Below, in pieces: positions 35,962 through 47,539 of a stretch of DNA of 64,000 nt (its first letter is position 1; every line of letters begins with the position of its first letter). A program made the translations under genes and the position numbers. Below the pieces are notes generated by a model. That model was not told the DNA's origin. It searched no databases and saw only the letters and a program-made list of their open reading frames with translations. Source of the stretch: an uncultured bacterium (GTDB taxonomy: Bacteria > Hinthialibacterota > Hinthialibacteria > Hinthialibacterales > Hinthialibacteraceae); assembly GCA_964556895.1 (NCBI GenBank), contig CAZKYC010000010.1:3883-67882 (forward strand), read 5' to 3'.

Positions 35962-37826
35962 GGTTCGGTTTGATGCGAATCGCCGAGCTGGGCTTCGCCG
36001 TTTTGAAATTGCAATTCGTACAATCGTTGATACAAGGCGCATCGGCTGAGCAATACATCATGCGGCCCCGAATCAACGAGGCGCCCCTCCTGCATCACCA
36101 CAATTCGGTCAGCCTGTAACACTGTTGAGAGGCGGTGGGCGATGACAAACACGGTGCGTCCCGTCATAAGGCGGTCAAGCGACTCTTTGACGCGGCGCTC
36201 TGATTCGCTGTCAAGCGCCGAGGTGGCTTCATCAAGAATGAGTATCGGCGCGTTGCGAAAAAACGCCCGCGCAATGGCGATTCGTTGGCATTGCCCGCCC
36301 GACAGCGCGGCGCCGTCATCGCCGCCGATCACGGTCTGGTAGCCATTGGGCAGTTCGGCGATAAACTCGTGCGCAAACGCCGCTTTGGCGGCTGACTCGA
36401 CATCGCCTTGGGACGCGTCAACGCCGCAGGTGATGTTGTCCCAAATGGTTAACGAAAACACCGCCTGTTCTTGAGGGACGTATGCGATCTTCTCGCGCAG
36501 CGATGGTAAATCCAACGCGCGCACGTCGTTTCCATCAATCATGATTCGCCCATCGCTGGGGTCATAAAACCGGGGGATGAGATTGACGAGAGAGGTCTTG
36601 CCCGCACCGCTAGGCCCGACAAAAGCGACCGTTTCGCCGCGATTGGCGCGCAACGAAATTTGGTCTAACACGGTTCGTTCTCCGTCATACGAAAAACTGA
36701 CATGGTCAAACTCAACGCATCGTTCAAACTGCTTGAGTTCAACCGTTGATGCGTCTTTGGGCAGGGTCGCGTCTTCTTCAATCGCTTCAAACACACGCTC
36801 AGCGGCGGCGAGGCCGTGCTGTAGTTCCTGGATCGATCGTTCGATGCGGCGGATGGGTTGGTAAAGCGACACTAACGCGCCAAGAAAGACGATAAATTCG
36901 CCTTTGTCCATGCTTTGTTGAACGAAGATCACATACCCACCCAACATGAGAATCACGCACACCGCCGCTACACCGATGACCTCGTTCACGGGCGAAGACA
37001 GGCCAAACGCTTTCACCTTGCGCATCATGGCCTGAAAGTTTGCGCGCGTACCGACTTCATAGCGGGTGCGTTGGGTGGACTGCATCCCATACGCCTGAAC
37101 GACGCGAATCAATCGAAAGTGGTCTTGAAGAAACGAGCCGATCACCTCCAGCGCGTCTTGGGCCTGACGGCTGGCGATGCGGTTTTTTCGGGCGAAAAAG
37201 CGCACCGTGACCACCAACACAGGAGCAATCAATGCGTAGGCCAGCGTCAGTTGCCATTGCAGGATCAACAACCCAGCAAACAAGACGACAACCATGATAG
37301 GGTCAAGCAACAGTTGGCTGAGCGAGTTAAACACATTCACGCCAATCAGGCGTATGTCGGACGTGTAGTATGACAACAGGCCGCCAACCGGGCGCCGGGC
37401 GAAATAGGCGGCGTTGTAGCCCGTCATCTTGTCATACAGTTCATGTTGAAGGTCGAGAATGACGCGGTTGCCGATCCAGTGGGTGGTGTATACCTGGGCG
37501 AAACGCAAGACGCTGCGGAACACCGTAATGCCGAAAAAAAACAGACAGACTATCGCCAACGCCCCGAGCGGGTTGTCTTTTGCGTAATTGACAATCAGAT
37601 AATAAAGAGGCCCAAGCGCCCACCCGACCCAAGTGGTTGAGTCAGGCTCGATGCCAAGCCCAAACACCGCCTCGGTCACTGGCTTTAACATCATCAATGA
37701 CCCCGCGCTGGCAACAGACACCAACACGCTGGCGATGACTGCGAAGACGAACGGATACCGATACCTCATCACATACGCAGTCAGATGGCGTAATGCGCTT
37801 TGAGGGTTGGCGGGCGTTCCATTCAT
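35958..37826 (-). CDS. ABC exporter, fused permease-ATPase (MsbA/lipid-A-exporter type)
   Basis: Six N-terminal TM helices then an NBD with Walker A (GPSGAGKTSLVNLI), signature (LSGGQCQRIAIARAF) and Walker B (ILILDEATSALD). Confidence 0.85.
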   Translation of the reverse strand: MNGTPANPQSALRHLTAYVMRYRYPFVFAVIASVLVSVASAGSLMMLKPVTEAVFGLGIEPDSTTWVGWALGPLYYLIVNYAKDNPLGALAIVCLFFFGITVFRSVLRFAQVYTTHWIGNRVILDLQHELYDKMTGYNAAYFARRPVGGLLSYYTSDIRLIGVNVFNSLSQLLLDPIMVVVLFAGLLILQWQLTLAYALIAPVLVVTVRFFARKNRIASRQAQDALEVIGSFLQDHFRLIRVVQAYGMQSTQRTRYEVGTRANFQAMMRKVKAFGLSSPVNEVIGVAAVCVILMLGGYVIFVQQSMDKGEFIVFLGALVSLYQPIRRIERSIQELQHGLAAAERVFEAIEEDATLPKDASTVELKQFERCVEFDHVSFSYDGERTVLDQISLRANRGETVAFVGPSGAGKTSLVNLIPRFYDPSDGRIMIDGNDVRALDLPSLREKIAYVPQEQAVFSLTIWDNITCGVDASQGDVESAAKAAFAHEFIAELPNGYQTVIGGDDGAALSGGQCQRIAIARAFFRNAPILILDEATSALDSESERRVKESLDRLMTGRTVFVIAHRLSTVLQADRIVVMQEGRLVDSGPHDVLLSRCALYQRLYELQFQNGEAQLGDSHQTEP

Positions 37827-37847
37827 GCGCCGGGCGGCCTGTCCGCT

Positions 37848-39317
37848 TTACATCTTGGTTTGATGCAAGGTTTCAAGAAATTCGCGGTTGTTCTTGGTTT
37901 TTTTCATACGCTGCAAGAGCAATTCGACCGCTTCACTGGCGTTCATTTCATTCAACACCTTACGCAACAACCAGACGCGTTCCAGATCGGCGGGGTCGAG
38001 AAGCAGCTCTTCTTTACGCGTCTTAGAGCGGTTGATGTCAATCGCCGGGTAAATGCGGCGTTCGGCCAGTTTACGGTCGAGGTGAAGTTCGAGGTTGCCG
38101 GTGCCTTTAAATTCTTCGTAGATGACGTCGTCCATACGGCTGCCGGTATCAATCAAGGCAGTCGCCAGAATGGAGAGGCTGCCGCCTTCTTCGATGTTAC
38201 GCGCCGCGCCAAAGAAGCGCTTGGGCGGAATCAAGGCGCTGGAATCGATCCCACCTGAAAGGATCTTACCGCTGTGCGGCGCCGTCTGGTTATAGGCGCG
38301 GGCGAGACGGGTGATCGAGTCGAGCAAAATGACCACGTCGTGGCGGTATTCAACCAGACGCTTGGCTTTTTCGATGACCATCTCTGCGACTTGAATGTGG
38401 CGTTCGGGCGGCTCATCGAAGGTCGACGAAATAACTTCGCCTTCGACGGTGCGCTTCATTTCGGTGACTTCTTCAGGGCGCTCGTCGATCAGCAAGACGA
38501 TCATGGTGATTTCTGGGTTGTTCTTGGTCAGGCTGTTGGCGATTTCTTGCAGCAGCATGGTCTTGCCTGAGTTAGGCGGCGCGACGATCAAAGCGCGTTG
38601 GCCTTTGCCCATCGGCGTAACTAGCTCAATGATGCGCGACGACATGCGGTCTTTGTCATATTCCATCTTCAGCCGCTCGGTCGGGAACAGCGGCGTCAAG
38701 TTATCGTAGAGAATCTTATCTTTAGCGGCTTCGGGCGGCTCGCCGTTGATGGTTTTGACTTTTAACAACGCAAAATAACGCTCGCCGTCTTTGGGAGGGC
38801 GAATCACGCCCGTCACGGTGTCGCCTTTTCGCAAGCCAAAGCGGCGAATCTGAGACGGTGATACATAAATGTCGTCTGGCCCGGGCAGGTAGCAATAATC
38901 GGCGCTGCGCAAGAAGCCGAAGCCTTCGGGCAACGCTTCTAAGACGCCAGAGCCTTCCATCTCGCCGCTGTCTTTTTCGTCGAGGGCGGCGTGTTCGAGG
39001 ATCTTATAAATAAGTTCTTGCTTGCGCAGGCCGCTGACGCCTTCGATTGACATCTCGTTGGCCATTTTGGTGAGGTCAGAAATGGTGAGTTTTTTCAACG
39101 TCTCCATTTCGAGATGGCCGTGTTTTTCGTTGGAGGCGTCTTTGGTTTCGGTGCGGCTTGAGGCGGGCTGGGCGTACCGGTCAGAGCGTTGGTTGTTGTT
39201 GTTGCGGTCGTAGCCTTTGCGTTGACCGCCGCTCCATCCGTTCGAGTTGGAGTTTTTCTTGTCATTGGTGGAACGGCTTGAAGATTTGGCGCGTCGGGTT
39301 GGGGTCTTTGATTCCAT
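37848..39317 (-). CDS. rho: Transcription termination factor Rho (with basic/low-complexity N-terminal extension)
   Basis: Rho N-terminal domain ([36 protein letters not shown]); RNA-binding OB region; RecA-like ATPase with P-loop ([17 protein letters not shown]) and Q/R loops. About 100 extra N-terminal residues rich in S/N/R/K. Confidence 0.9.
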   Translation of the reverse strand: MESKTPTRRAKSSSRSTNDKKNSNSNGWSGGQRKGYDRNNNNQRSDRYAQPASSRTETKDASNEKHGHLEMETLKKLTISDLTKMANEMSIEGVSGLRKQELIYKILEHAALDEKDSGEMEGSGVLEALPEGFGFLRSADYCYLPGPDDIYVSPSQIRRFGLRKGDTVTGVIRPPKDGERYFALLKVKTINGEPPEAAKDKILYDNLTPLFPTERLKMEYDKDRMSSRIIELVTPMGKGQRALIVAPPNSGKTMLLQEIANSLTKNNPEITMIVLLIDERPEEVTEMKRTVEGEVISSTFDEPPERHIQVAEMVIEKAKRLVEYRHDVVILLDSITRLARAYNQTAPHSGKILSGGIDSSALIPPKRFFGAARNIEEGGSLSILATALIDTGSRMDDVIYEEFKGTGNLELHLDRKLAERRIYPAIDINRSKTRKEELLLDPADLERVWLLRKVLNEMNASEAVELLLQRMKKTKNNREFLETLHQTKM

Positions 39318-39339
39318 TGTTCTACTCTCTTTTTGGTCC

Positions 39340-39993
39340 TTACGTTTGTATGAAGGTTTTTATTTGTTGGTCTAATTCACAAATCGGGCCTTCGTTCCAA
39401 AACACCACGTCAGCCCGTCTGATTTTTTCGTCTTGGGGCAGCTGGGCCGCCTCGCGCTGGTCAAAATTTTTCCCCGCATCTCCACGCGCCTGTAGAAACC
39501 GCTCACGGCGCAATTCTGTCGAGGCGGCGATGACGGCGACCGCGTCAAATTGCGGCCCGTTGCCCCATTCAAAAATCAGGGCGGCGTCGACCACCAAGGG
39601 GCCGTCCTCATCGCTTTCGCGAAACGCGTTCACTCGGCTATACAAGCCATCCATAATATGAGGATGAACAATTTCATTGAGCCTCTTCAATGGTTCGGGA
39701 TCAGCAAACACAATCGCGCCAAGTTTGTTTCGGTTAATCTCGCCAGTGTCATTCAATATTTCACAACCAAACGCATCCACCAGTTCATCAAAGACAGGCG
39801 AGCCTGTCATCAACAATTCATGGCCCGCCTGGTCGGCGTTTAACACGATAGAGCCATATTTCTTAAAGCAGCTCGCCGCCACGCTCTTGCCCGCGCCGGG
39901 GTTGCCAGTCAAACCAATCACGCACCGCTTCGGCGGCTGTCCGGGTTTGGCCAACTGGCTTAGTGATGTAATGGACCCGCTGGTTTGGTTCAT
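39340..39993 (-). CDS. coaE: Dephospho-CoA kinase
   Basis: P-loop [19 protein letters not shown] and CoaE-like core. Start set at the ATG forming an ATGA overlap with the polA stop; the ORF-track start at 40008 is an alternative. Confidence 0.8.
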   Translation of the reverse strand: MNQTSGSITSLSQLAKPGQPPKRCVIGLTGNPGAGKSVAASCFKKYGSIVLNADQAGHELLMTGSPVFDELVDAFGCEILNDTGEINRNKLGAIVFADPEPLKRLNEIVHPHIMDGLYSRVNAFRESDEDGPLVVDAALIFEWGNGPQFDAVAVIAASTELRRERFLQARGDAGKNFDQREAAQLPQDEKIRRADVVFWNEGPICELDQQIKTFIQT

Positions 39994-42659
39994 TTTAACG
40001 AAGCCCAATCCGGCCCGGCGGCGTAATCAACTGGAATCGGAACGTCCAACTCCATGGCTGACTCCATCAATTCACGGCAGTGCTGGGTCACGTCTTCAAT
40101 CAGGCTTTCTTTGGCTTCGATGATCAATTCGTCATGGACGGTCATGATCATTCCGGCCTCATTGTCGCGGCCCCTAAATTCATCAAACACATGAACCATC
40201 GCCAGTTTTAACAAGTCTGCCGCGGAACCTTGAATGGGGCCGTTAATCGCCGCCCGTCGGGCGTTGTCGCGCCTCATTCGGTTGGCGTCGCGAACGCCCG
40301 GCGTCGGCACGCGCCGGCCAAAAATGGTTTCAACATACAGATTATCATTTGCAAAAGCGACCGTTTCATCCATATAGCGCTGAACCAACGGATACCGGGA
40401 AAAATAGGTTTCGATATACGTCGCCGCTTCGTCATCAGGGATGTTTAATCGGCGCGCCAAACCATACGGCGACATGCCGTAATTCAACCCAAAGTTAATT
40501 TCTTTGGCCTTGCGGCGCATTTCAGGCGTTACATCGTCTAACTCAACAGAGAACACCTCCGCCGCGGTGCGTTTATGAATGTCTTCGCCCGCCTTGAACG
40601 CGCTCAACAGCCCTGGGTCTTTCGAGCGGTGCGCCAATACGCGCAATTCAATTTGCGAGTAATCCAACGACGCCAGTTTCCAGCCTGGCTCAGCGACAAA
40701 TGCGCGCCTGACGCGATGTCCCAAATGTGTCCGGATGGGAATATTTTGTAAATTGGGATCACTGCTTGAGATTCGGCCTGTGTTCACAACCGCCTGGTTA
40801 TATGAGGTGTGGACGCGGCCCGTATCCGGACGAATTAATTTTGCCAGTGAATCGAGATATGTGGATTTTATTTTCTGTCGATGGCGATAATCGAGAACGT
40901 CTTGAACAAGCGCAACGCCCTCGGCGGCCAGTTTTTCAAGAACGTCAGCGCGGGTCGTGCGCTTTCGCCCCTTCAATAATTTCAGGTCATCATAGAGGAT
41001 TTCCGCCAATTGCGAAGGGGAGTTTATATTAAATTCTTTGCCGACTGATTCAAAAATTCGGCCCTCCAACACCTTCATCTCATCAGCGAGTCCGTTCGAC
41101 TGCTCATTCAACACGCTTGGGTCAACACATACACCGCGCCGTTCCATCTCAGCCAACACGCGGACCAAAGGCGCTTCGACCTCGTGATAGAGCCGCTTCA
41201 TACCGAACGATTCGAGTTTGGGCAGAAAGATCTGGTTCAAGCGCCAACAGGCGTCAACGTCTTCACACGCGTAAGGCGACGCGTCGGCGATCTCCACATC
41301 GGTCATGGATTTTTGGTCTTTGCCCTCGCCGATCAATTCGGTGATGGGCGTCATGCGCATCATCGCCAAGGTTTCAGCCAGCGCATCTAACTTATGCGAT
41401 TGGCGGTCAGTCTGGGCCAAATAGGACGCGATCAGGGTATCGCCGGAGAGGGTTGAAAGTGTAAATCCTTCGTTGCGAAGAATGTGATAATCATATTTGA
41501 AATTGTGTGCAAAAAACTGCACATCCTCATCTTCAAAGAGTTCATTCAATACAGGCCGCGCTTCTTCAAGGTCGAGATTGGCGCCATTGGCGTGTCGAAA
41601 TGGGATATACCATCCCTGCCGCGCAGAGACCGAGATCGCCAGCCCGACCATTTGAGCGTCTAACACATCAAGCGAAGTCGTCTCAGTATCAATCGCACAG
41701 GCGCCGTTTTTCTTAACGGTTGTTACGACGTCTTTTAATGCGTTAAGGGTATCAATGGTTTTGTAATCGAGGTCGCTTAAAGGTTCTTTGACGGCTTGGG
41801 GGGCATGTTCTCTGGCGAAGGCGCGAAATTCCATCTCAGTGAAAAACTGATGTATGGCCTCTTGGTCAATGTCGTTGAATTCAAACAGTTCGTCATCAAA
41901 GGTTGTCGGGGGAGATTTTTCGATTCGAAACAGGTCTCGCGACAAGAAGGCTTTTTCTTTGTCGTTGATCAGGTTTTCAACCCGCTTTTTTCCTTTGACT
42001 TTATCGAGGTTTTCATACAACGTTTCAAGGTCGCCAAATTCTTGGATCAACGCGATCGCCGTCTTTTCGCCTACGCCCGCCACTCCAGGAATGTTATCAA
42101 TCGAGTCGCCCATCAGCGCGAAGACTTGCACCAGTTTTTCCGGCTCGACGCCGAAGCGCTCTTTGACATCGTCTGGGCCATATAGTTTGTTTGGCTGGTT
42201 TTTCATCGGGGTCAACCGCAACATCGAAACGTGATCGTCAACCAGTTGCATTAAATCTTTATCGCCTGATACGATTACCGACTCGCGTCCGTGTTCTTTG
42301 AGCCAGCGCGCCATGGCGCCCAAGAGGTCATCGGCCTCAAACCCTTGGGCTTCAACTTGGCCTATCCCTAATAGTTTTGTCGCTTCTTTGATCATGGGAA
42401 TCTGGGCAATCAATTCTTCAGGGGGCGCTTCGCGGTTGGCTTTATACTCGGGATACATCTCTGCGCGAAACGTCGGGCCTTCTAAATCGAATGCGACGAC
42501 CACGCCCGAAGGGGCATGTTCATTCACGATTGTTTTTAACGTCATCACATAGCCATACAGCGCGTTTGTCGGCGTTCCATCTGAACGCCGCAAGTCGCGG
42601 ATGGCGTGGTATGAGCGAAAAAAAACCGAGCTGCCGTCTACCAGAAATACCTTGCTCAT
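39990..42659 (-). CDS. polA: DNA polymerase I
   Basis: 5'-3' exonuclease N-terminus (MSKVFLVDGSSVFFRSYHA...GDKDLMQLV); 3'-5' exo domain; polymerase motifs (RRKAKEINFGLNYGMSPYGL; VHDELIIE). 889 aa. Confidence 0.95.
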   Translation of the reverse strand: MSKVFLVDGSSVFFRSYHAIRDLRRSDGTPTNALYGYVMTLKTIVNEHAPSGVVVAFDLEGPTFRAEMYPEYKANREAPPEELIAQIPMIKEATKLLGIGQVEAQGFEADDLLGAMARWLKEHGRESVIVSGDKDLMQLVDDHVSMLRLTPMKNQPNKLYGPDDVKERFGVEPEKLVQVFALMGDSIDNIPGVAGVGEKTAIALIQEFGDLETLYENLDKVKGKKRVENLINDKEKAFLSRDLFRIEKSPPTTFDDELFEFNDIDQEAIHQFFTEMEFRAFAREHAPQAVKEPLSDLDYKTIDTLNALKDVVTTVKKNGACAIDTETTSLDVLDAQMVGLAISVSARQGWYIPFRHANGANLDLEEARPVLNELFEDEDVQFFAHNFKYDYHILRNEGFTLSTLSGDTLIASYLAQTDRQSHKLDALAETLAMMRMTPITELIGEGKDQKSMTDVEIADASPYACEDVDACWRLNQIFLPKLESFGMKRLYHEVEAPLVRVLAEMERRGVCVDPSVLNEQSNGLADEMKVLEGRIFESVGKEFNINSPSQLAEILYDDLKLLKGRKRTTRADVLEKLAAEGVALVQDVLDYRHRQKIKSTYLDSLAKLIRPDTGRVHTSYNQAVVNTGRISSSDPNLQNIPIRTHLGHRVRRAFVAEPGWKLASLDYSQIELRVLAHRSKDPGLLSAFKAGEDIHKRTAAEVFSVELDDVTPEMRRKAKEINFGLNYGMSPYGLARRLNIPDDEAATYIETYFSRYPLVQRYMDETVAFANDNLYVETIFGRRVPTPGVRDANRMRRDNARRAAINGPIQGSAADLLKLAMVHVFDEFRGRDNEAGMIMTVHDELIIEAKESLIEDVTQHCRELMESAMELDVPIPVDYAAGPDWASLK

Positions 42660-43096
42660 GTTTTCAAGTCAGGATCGTATCGCCAATGGGTTCCCCAAAA
42701 GCCTATGCGCCGAAACAAGCCGATGGCGTCGGGTATTGAAATGATTAAGTTATTAAACAAATTTCGTCTATTACAAACTCATCTCGATTGGAAAACAATT
42801 TCGCCGGTGACAGAACCATACCGATGTATCTTGTGGAAGACTCTATACCTGGCGTGGGGTGAGATAAGAATTCAGATAACTATCGTATCAAAGACAGTCT
42901 ATCTTACAGAACGCTGGATTGCAAGTGATTTTTACAGAAAAAATCATTTTGAGATGAAATAGACAAATCTGTAAAGTTACCTTTGAATTGCAAAACAGGC
43001 GTAGGTATCATACAGAAGAACATTGGTTTTCGAATACAAATGCCGACAAGCCGCGATCTAATGATCCAAGCGGCTGAAGAATAAGGACGAGGCCCA

Positions 43097-44086
43097 ATGC
43101 AGGATATGGGGTTTGGAGACCTGTCGCGCGACGTCGTTCGCGCCGCCAAAGGCACTGTCTTGATGCGTCAGGGCGAAATGGGCAAATGCGCCTATTTCGT
43201 TGTTGAAGGCCGCCTGATGGTTGAGACCGAGATAGCCGGCCAATCCACTGTCATCGCTGAGATTTGCGCTCGCGACCTGGTGGGCGAATTGGCGATTTTA
43301 GATGATGCTCCGCGTTCGGCCACAGTCATTGTTGCTGAAGACGCGTTGTTGATTCCACTAAACAAACACCGCTTGCGGACGATTATTCGCCGTTCGCCCA
43401 ACATCGCCGAACTTATTTTAAAGTTGCTGTGTCACAAACTGCGTAACACACATAAATTGATCAGCCATCAGATAGATTTAAACAACGCCCATATCTGGAT
43501 GAAAGTCGGTCCTCTTCTCAACTTGGTCGCCAAAGCCTCGACTGACCCAAACCAGCGGTTCACTATCATGGTCGAACAATTGGGCTCCGTTCTCGAAACG
43601 CCAGATAACGTTACCATTGATATTCTTCAACGGCTTGCCAAGGTTCACTTAATCAAACTCGCCAGCGGCGAAATCACGTCAATCAACACCGAACAGATTG
43701 AGCCCGTATTAAACCAACTTCGCGAAGAATTTTTGAATGAACCGTTTGGCGAACCCACGTTAGCGAAAGAGTTTCAGGCGATCCATATCATTTTAAACAA
43801 TTGCGTCCCCAACCCGCCAAGCTCGCCGCGAATGGATATCCCTCGCCAGAATCTGGTTGCGATGCTGATGCAGTCGAATCTGTGGGCCAAACTTCACCCA
43901 TCGTTTCAAGAGCAACGGGCTGAGATGATGGTCAAGACACTCGTAGACACCGGAATGATCGAGACAAAACCTCAAGACTCAGAGATGCTGGTGCTTGATT
44001 TAGAGATGCTGAGACAGTTCCCGCGGCCCGACAAAGATCTGGCGATCTATGATTTTGTCAGGAAGACGCTGTTAAGCTTACAATAA
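43097..44086 (+). CDS. Cyclic-nucleotide-binding (CAP-effector-type) domain protein with uncharacterised C-terminal domain
   Basis: N-terminal cNMP-binding beta-roll (GEMGKCAYFVVEGRLMV...DLVGELAILDDAPRSATVIVAEDALLIPL). The C-terminal roughly 200 aa have no recognised motif and no obvious HTH. Confidence 0.65.
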   Translation: MQDMGFGDLSRDVVRAAKGTVLMRQGEMGKCAYFVVEGRLMVETEIAGQSTVIAEICARDLVGELAILDDAPRSATVIVAEDALLIPLNKHRLRTIIRRSPNIAELILKLLCHKLRNTHKLISHQIDLNNAHIWMKVGPLLNLVAKASTDPNQRFTIMVEQLGSVLETPDNVTIDILQRLAKVHLIKLASGEITSINTEQIEPVLNQLREEFLNEPFGEPTLAKEFQAIHIILNNCVPNPPSSPRMDIPRQNLVAMLMQSNLWAKLHPSFQEQRAEMMVKTLVDTGMIETKPQDSEMLVLDLEMLRQFPRPDKDLAIYDFVRKTLLSLQ

Positions 44087-44201
44087 CTCTTTCCCCCCTA
44101 TATAGTTATGAAGTTACTTGACGGTGAAGATTCTCTTTGACTATAATTATGGTTTAGAGAGAACTTTTGCAATTAAACAGAAACTTGTTTCGAGGACTAT
44201 T

Positions 44202-45005
<804 letters not shown>

Positions 45006-45036
45006 TCTGCGTACACACACTCTACCAGCAGGTATA

Positions 45037-45068
45037 AAGAGCGGTCTTATGGCCGCTCTTTTCATTAT
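45037..45068 (+). terminator. Rho-independent terminator after the Gly-Phe-tail protein gene
   Basis: AAGAGCGG-TCTTATGG-CCGCTCTT: an 8-9 bp GC-rich stem and 8-nt loop followed by TTTTCATTAT. Confidence 0.55.
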
Positions 45069-45077
45069 CAGGCCCTT

Positions 45078-45773
45078 ATGACAACGACTTTCACCAACGT
45101 ATTTTTCGCCGACCTCCATCATCCGGGCGGGGTCGATGAAGAAGTCAACCAACTGTTTGACGACATGCCGTCAGACACATCCCGCCTTTTTTTTCTGGGT
45201 GATATTTTTCATTTCTGGGTCAATGACCCAGCATTCATCGAAGGCCGCTACAAAGAGTTTCTCGCCCAACTCGAAACATTGGCGAAGAACGGCATGCAAC
45301 TTTTTTTCATCGAAGGCAACCGCGACTTTCTCGCTTCCCATTACCTGGACAGCCAGCCCTGGATCGATGTTCTCGGAAACCCCTCTGTCATCGACCTGGC
45401 GGGCCGCGCCGTCTATATCGGCCACGGCGATGAATTGTGTTGGAACGACTGGGCCTACCAGATGTACAAAGGCTTTATCCGCAGCAAACCGTTGCGAACT
45501 CTCGCCGACCGCATGCCCTCCTCATGGAAGATGAAGGCGGTCCAGGGTATGGCGAACGCCAGCGAAACGATCGTTTCGTCAAAGTCTCATTTGACCCTGG
45601 CCGTGCCCCAGCGCGCCTATGAGCAGGTCGCCTCAACCGGCATTGACGCCATCATTCACGGCCATGTTCACGACACCTACCAAAAGGCCATTCAGGTGGA
45701 TGGCCGTGAGACGACGATATATAGTTTTGGCTGGAAAAACGGCAAACGCAACTTGATCCACTTTGAAGGCTGA
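45078..45773 (+). CDS. LpxH-like calcineurin-type metallophosphoesterase (UDP-2,3-diacylglucosamine diphosphatase family)
   Basis: FFADLHHPGG...LFFLGDIFHFWVNDP parallels LpxH FIADLHL...ILGDLFEAWIGDD. Downstream motifs GNRD, GHGDE and GHVH complete the metallophosphoesterase signature. Confidence 0.65.
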   Translation: MTTTFTNVFFADLHHPGGVDEEVNQLFDDMPSDTSRLFFLGDIFHFWVNDPAFIEGRYKEFLAQLETLAKNGMQLFFIEGNRDFLASHYLDSQPWIDVLGNPSVIDLAGRAVYIGHGDELCWNDWAYQMYKGFIRSKPLRTLADRMPSSWKMKAVQGMANASETIVSSKSHLTLAVPQRAYEQVASTGIDAIIHGHVHDTYQKAIQVDGRETTIYSFGWKNGKRNLIHFEG

Positions 45774-45821
45774 GCCAAATTCCGATAGAATAGTAAAATT
45801 CATTTGTTGAGAGAGGCGCCC

Positions 45822-46307
45822 ATGCCGCTACGCACAAAGATTCTCGATCTCCTCGAACGCGATGCGCGAATTTCACACAGCGACATCGCCGTGATGATTG
45901 GCGAAGAAGAGAAAACCATCGCCAATGAAGTCGAAGCGATGGAAAAAGAAGGCGTCATTCTCGCCTACAAAACAATCGTCAACCCAGAACGGTCAGCCGA
46001 TAAAGTGACCTGTTTGATTGAAGTGTCGGTTCAACCCGAGCGCGACTTTGGGTTTGATAAAATCGCAGAGCGAATTTATAAATTTCCTGAAGTCTCGACC
46101 GTCTTTCTGGTGTCAGGCCGCTATGATCTGTTGGTGCTCATCGAAGCGGACGGCATGAGGCACATCGCCGATTTTATCTCGGAAAAACTATCAACATTGC
46201 CCAACGTTCGTTCGACGTCTTCACATTTCTTGCTCAAGAAGTACAAAGAACTGGGAACTGTTCTGGTAGAAAATGGCGAACACGACCGCATCCCGGTGTC
46301 GCCGTAA
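45822..46307 (+). CDS. Lrp/AsnC family transcriptional regulator
   Basis: Start at the ATG at 45822 (GAGAGAGG RBS). HTH (LRTKILDLLERDARISHSDIAVMIGEEEKTIANEV) plus RAM/AsnC_trans C-domain (VTCLIEVSVQPE...VSGRYDLLVLIEADGMRHIADFISEKL). Confidence 0.8.
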   Translation: MPLRTKILDLLERDARISHSDIAVMIGEEEKTIANEVEAMEKEGVILAYKTIVNPERSADKVTCLIEVSVQPERDFGFDKIAERIYKFPEVSTVFLVSGRYDLLVLIEADGMRHIADFISEKLSTLPNVRSTSSHFLLKKYKELGTVLVENGEHDRIPVSP

Positions 46308-46342
46308 CGTATTGCATTGATTTGCAGAAATGAATAATTTCG

Positions 46343-47539
46343 ATGAATTCAGCCTCGTTACAACCCGTTAACAAGCCTTCAGCGGCCCCATCGCGCATCA
46401 ACGCGGTGGTGGAGGCCATGCCGCCGTCGGGCATCCGTAAGTTTTTTGATCTGGTGATGGGCCGCAGCGGCGTGATCTCGCTCGGCGTCGGCGAACCAGA
46501 CTTCGTCACTCCCTGGCATATCTGTGAAGCGGGCATCCACTCGATTGAGACGGGCCGCACCAGTTACTCGCCCAACAACGGTCTGCCCGCGTTGCGTGAA
46601 GAACTCGCAGTCTATTTGAAAAACCACCACAAGGCTGACTTTTCGCCTGATACCCAAATTTTAATTACTGCTGGCGGCAGCGAAGCGCTCGACGTCGCTT
46701 TTCGGGCCATCCTCGAACCCGGCGATGAAGTGATTGTCATTGATCCATCGTTTGTCGCTTACGCTCCGCTCGCGGTCTTCGCGGGAGGGGTCGCGGTGCG
46801 CGTCCCGACCAGCGCGCAAACGGGGTTTGTTCCGACTATGGAACAATTGCGCGAGGCGTTCACCGACCGCACGAAAGCCATCATTGTCAATTACCCAAAC
46901 AACCCCACTGGCGCGGGCGTCACCCAAGACCAAGCGCAAGAGATTACGGAGTTTGTTCTAGAAACGAATTTGATTCTTATCAGCGACGAGATCTATCAAC
47001 CGTTGAGTTATGAAGAGGAAGCGCCCACCTTCGCGTCGCTGCCCGAAATACGCAACAACTTGATTTTGGTTCACGGGTTTTCAAAAGCCTGGGCGATGAC
47101 AGGCTGGCGAATGGGGTTCGCCGCCGGCCCCGAAGACTTGATCGGCGGCATGAACAAGGTTCACCAATATTCATTAATGTGCGCACCCACCAACGCCCAG
47201 TTTGCGGCGATTGAGGCCCTGAAACACGGCGCCGAACAAGTTGAGGCCATGAGAAAAGAATACGATGCGCGCCGCCGCTTCGTCGTCCACCACTTTAACC
47301 GTCTGGGGTTGGATTGCCTCTCGCCCAAGGGCGCGTTTTATGCGTTTCCTTCCATCCAAAAATCCGGCTTGAGTTCAGAAGAGTTCGCCCATCGATTGCT
47401 TGAAGAACAAAACATCGCGGTGGTTCCAGGGACGGCGTTTGGCGAATGCGGCGAGGGGTACATCCGGTGTTCGTATGCCTCTTCGTTAAACAATCTGCGC
47501 ACGGCGGTGAAACGAATCGAGGCCTTTTTAGCGGGTTAA
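46343..47539 (+). CDS. Pyridoxal-phosphate-dependent aminotransferase, class I (aspartate/aromatic type)
   Basis: PLP-lysine region LILVHGFSKAWAMTGWRMGF, NYPNNPTG, and a typical 398-aa length. Immediately downstream of the Lrp/AsnC regulator. Confidence 0.85.
   Translation: MNSASLQPVNKPSAAPSRINAVVEAMPPSGIRKFFDLVMGRSGVISLGVGEPDFVTPWHICEAGIHSIETGRTSYSPNNGLPALREELAVYLKNHHKADFSPDTQILITAGGSEALDVAFRAILEPGDEVIVIDPSFVAYAPLAVFAGGVAVRVPTSAQTGFVPTMEQLREAFTDRTKAIIVNYPNNPTGAGVTQDQAQEITEFVLETNLILISDEIYQPLSYEEEAPTFASLPEIRNNLILVHGFSKAWAMTGWRMGFAAGPEDLIGGMNKVHQYSLMCAPTNAQFAAIEALKHGAEQVEAMRKEYDARRRFVVHHFNRLGLDCLSPKGAFYAFPSIQKSGLSSEEFAHRLLEEQNIAVVPGTAFGECGEGYIRCSYASSLNNLRTAVKRIEAFLAG

Noticed and set aside
42938-42953. 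ATCATTTTGAGATGAA upstream of the cNMP-binding gene as a fifth copy of the repeat end motif
   Set aside because: It matches the ATCATTTTTGAGATGG consensus apart from a one-T deletion and one G-to-A mismatch, but lacks the hairpin core and GGC extension. Kept only as supporting evidence for the family, not as a separate feature.
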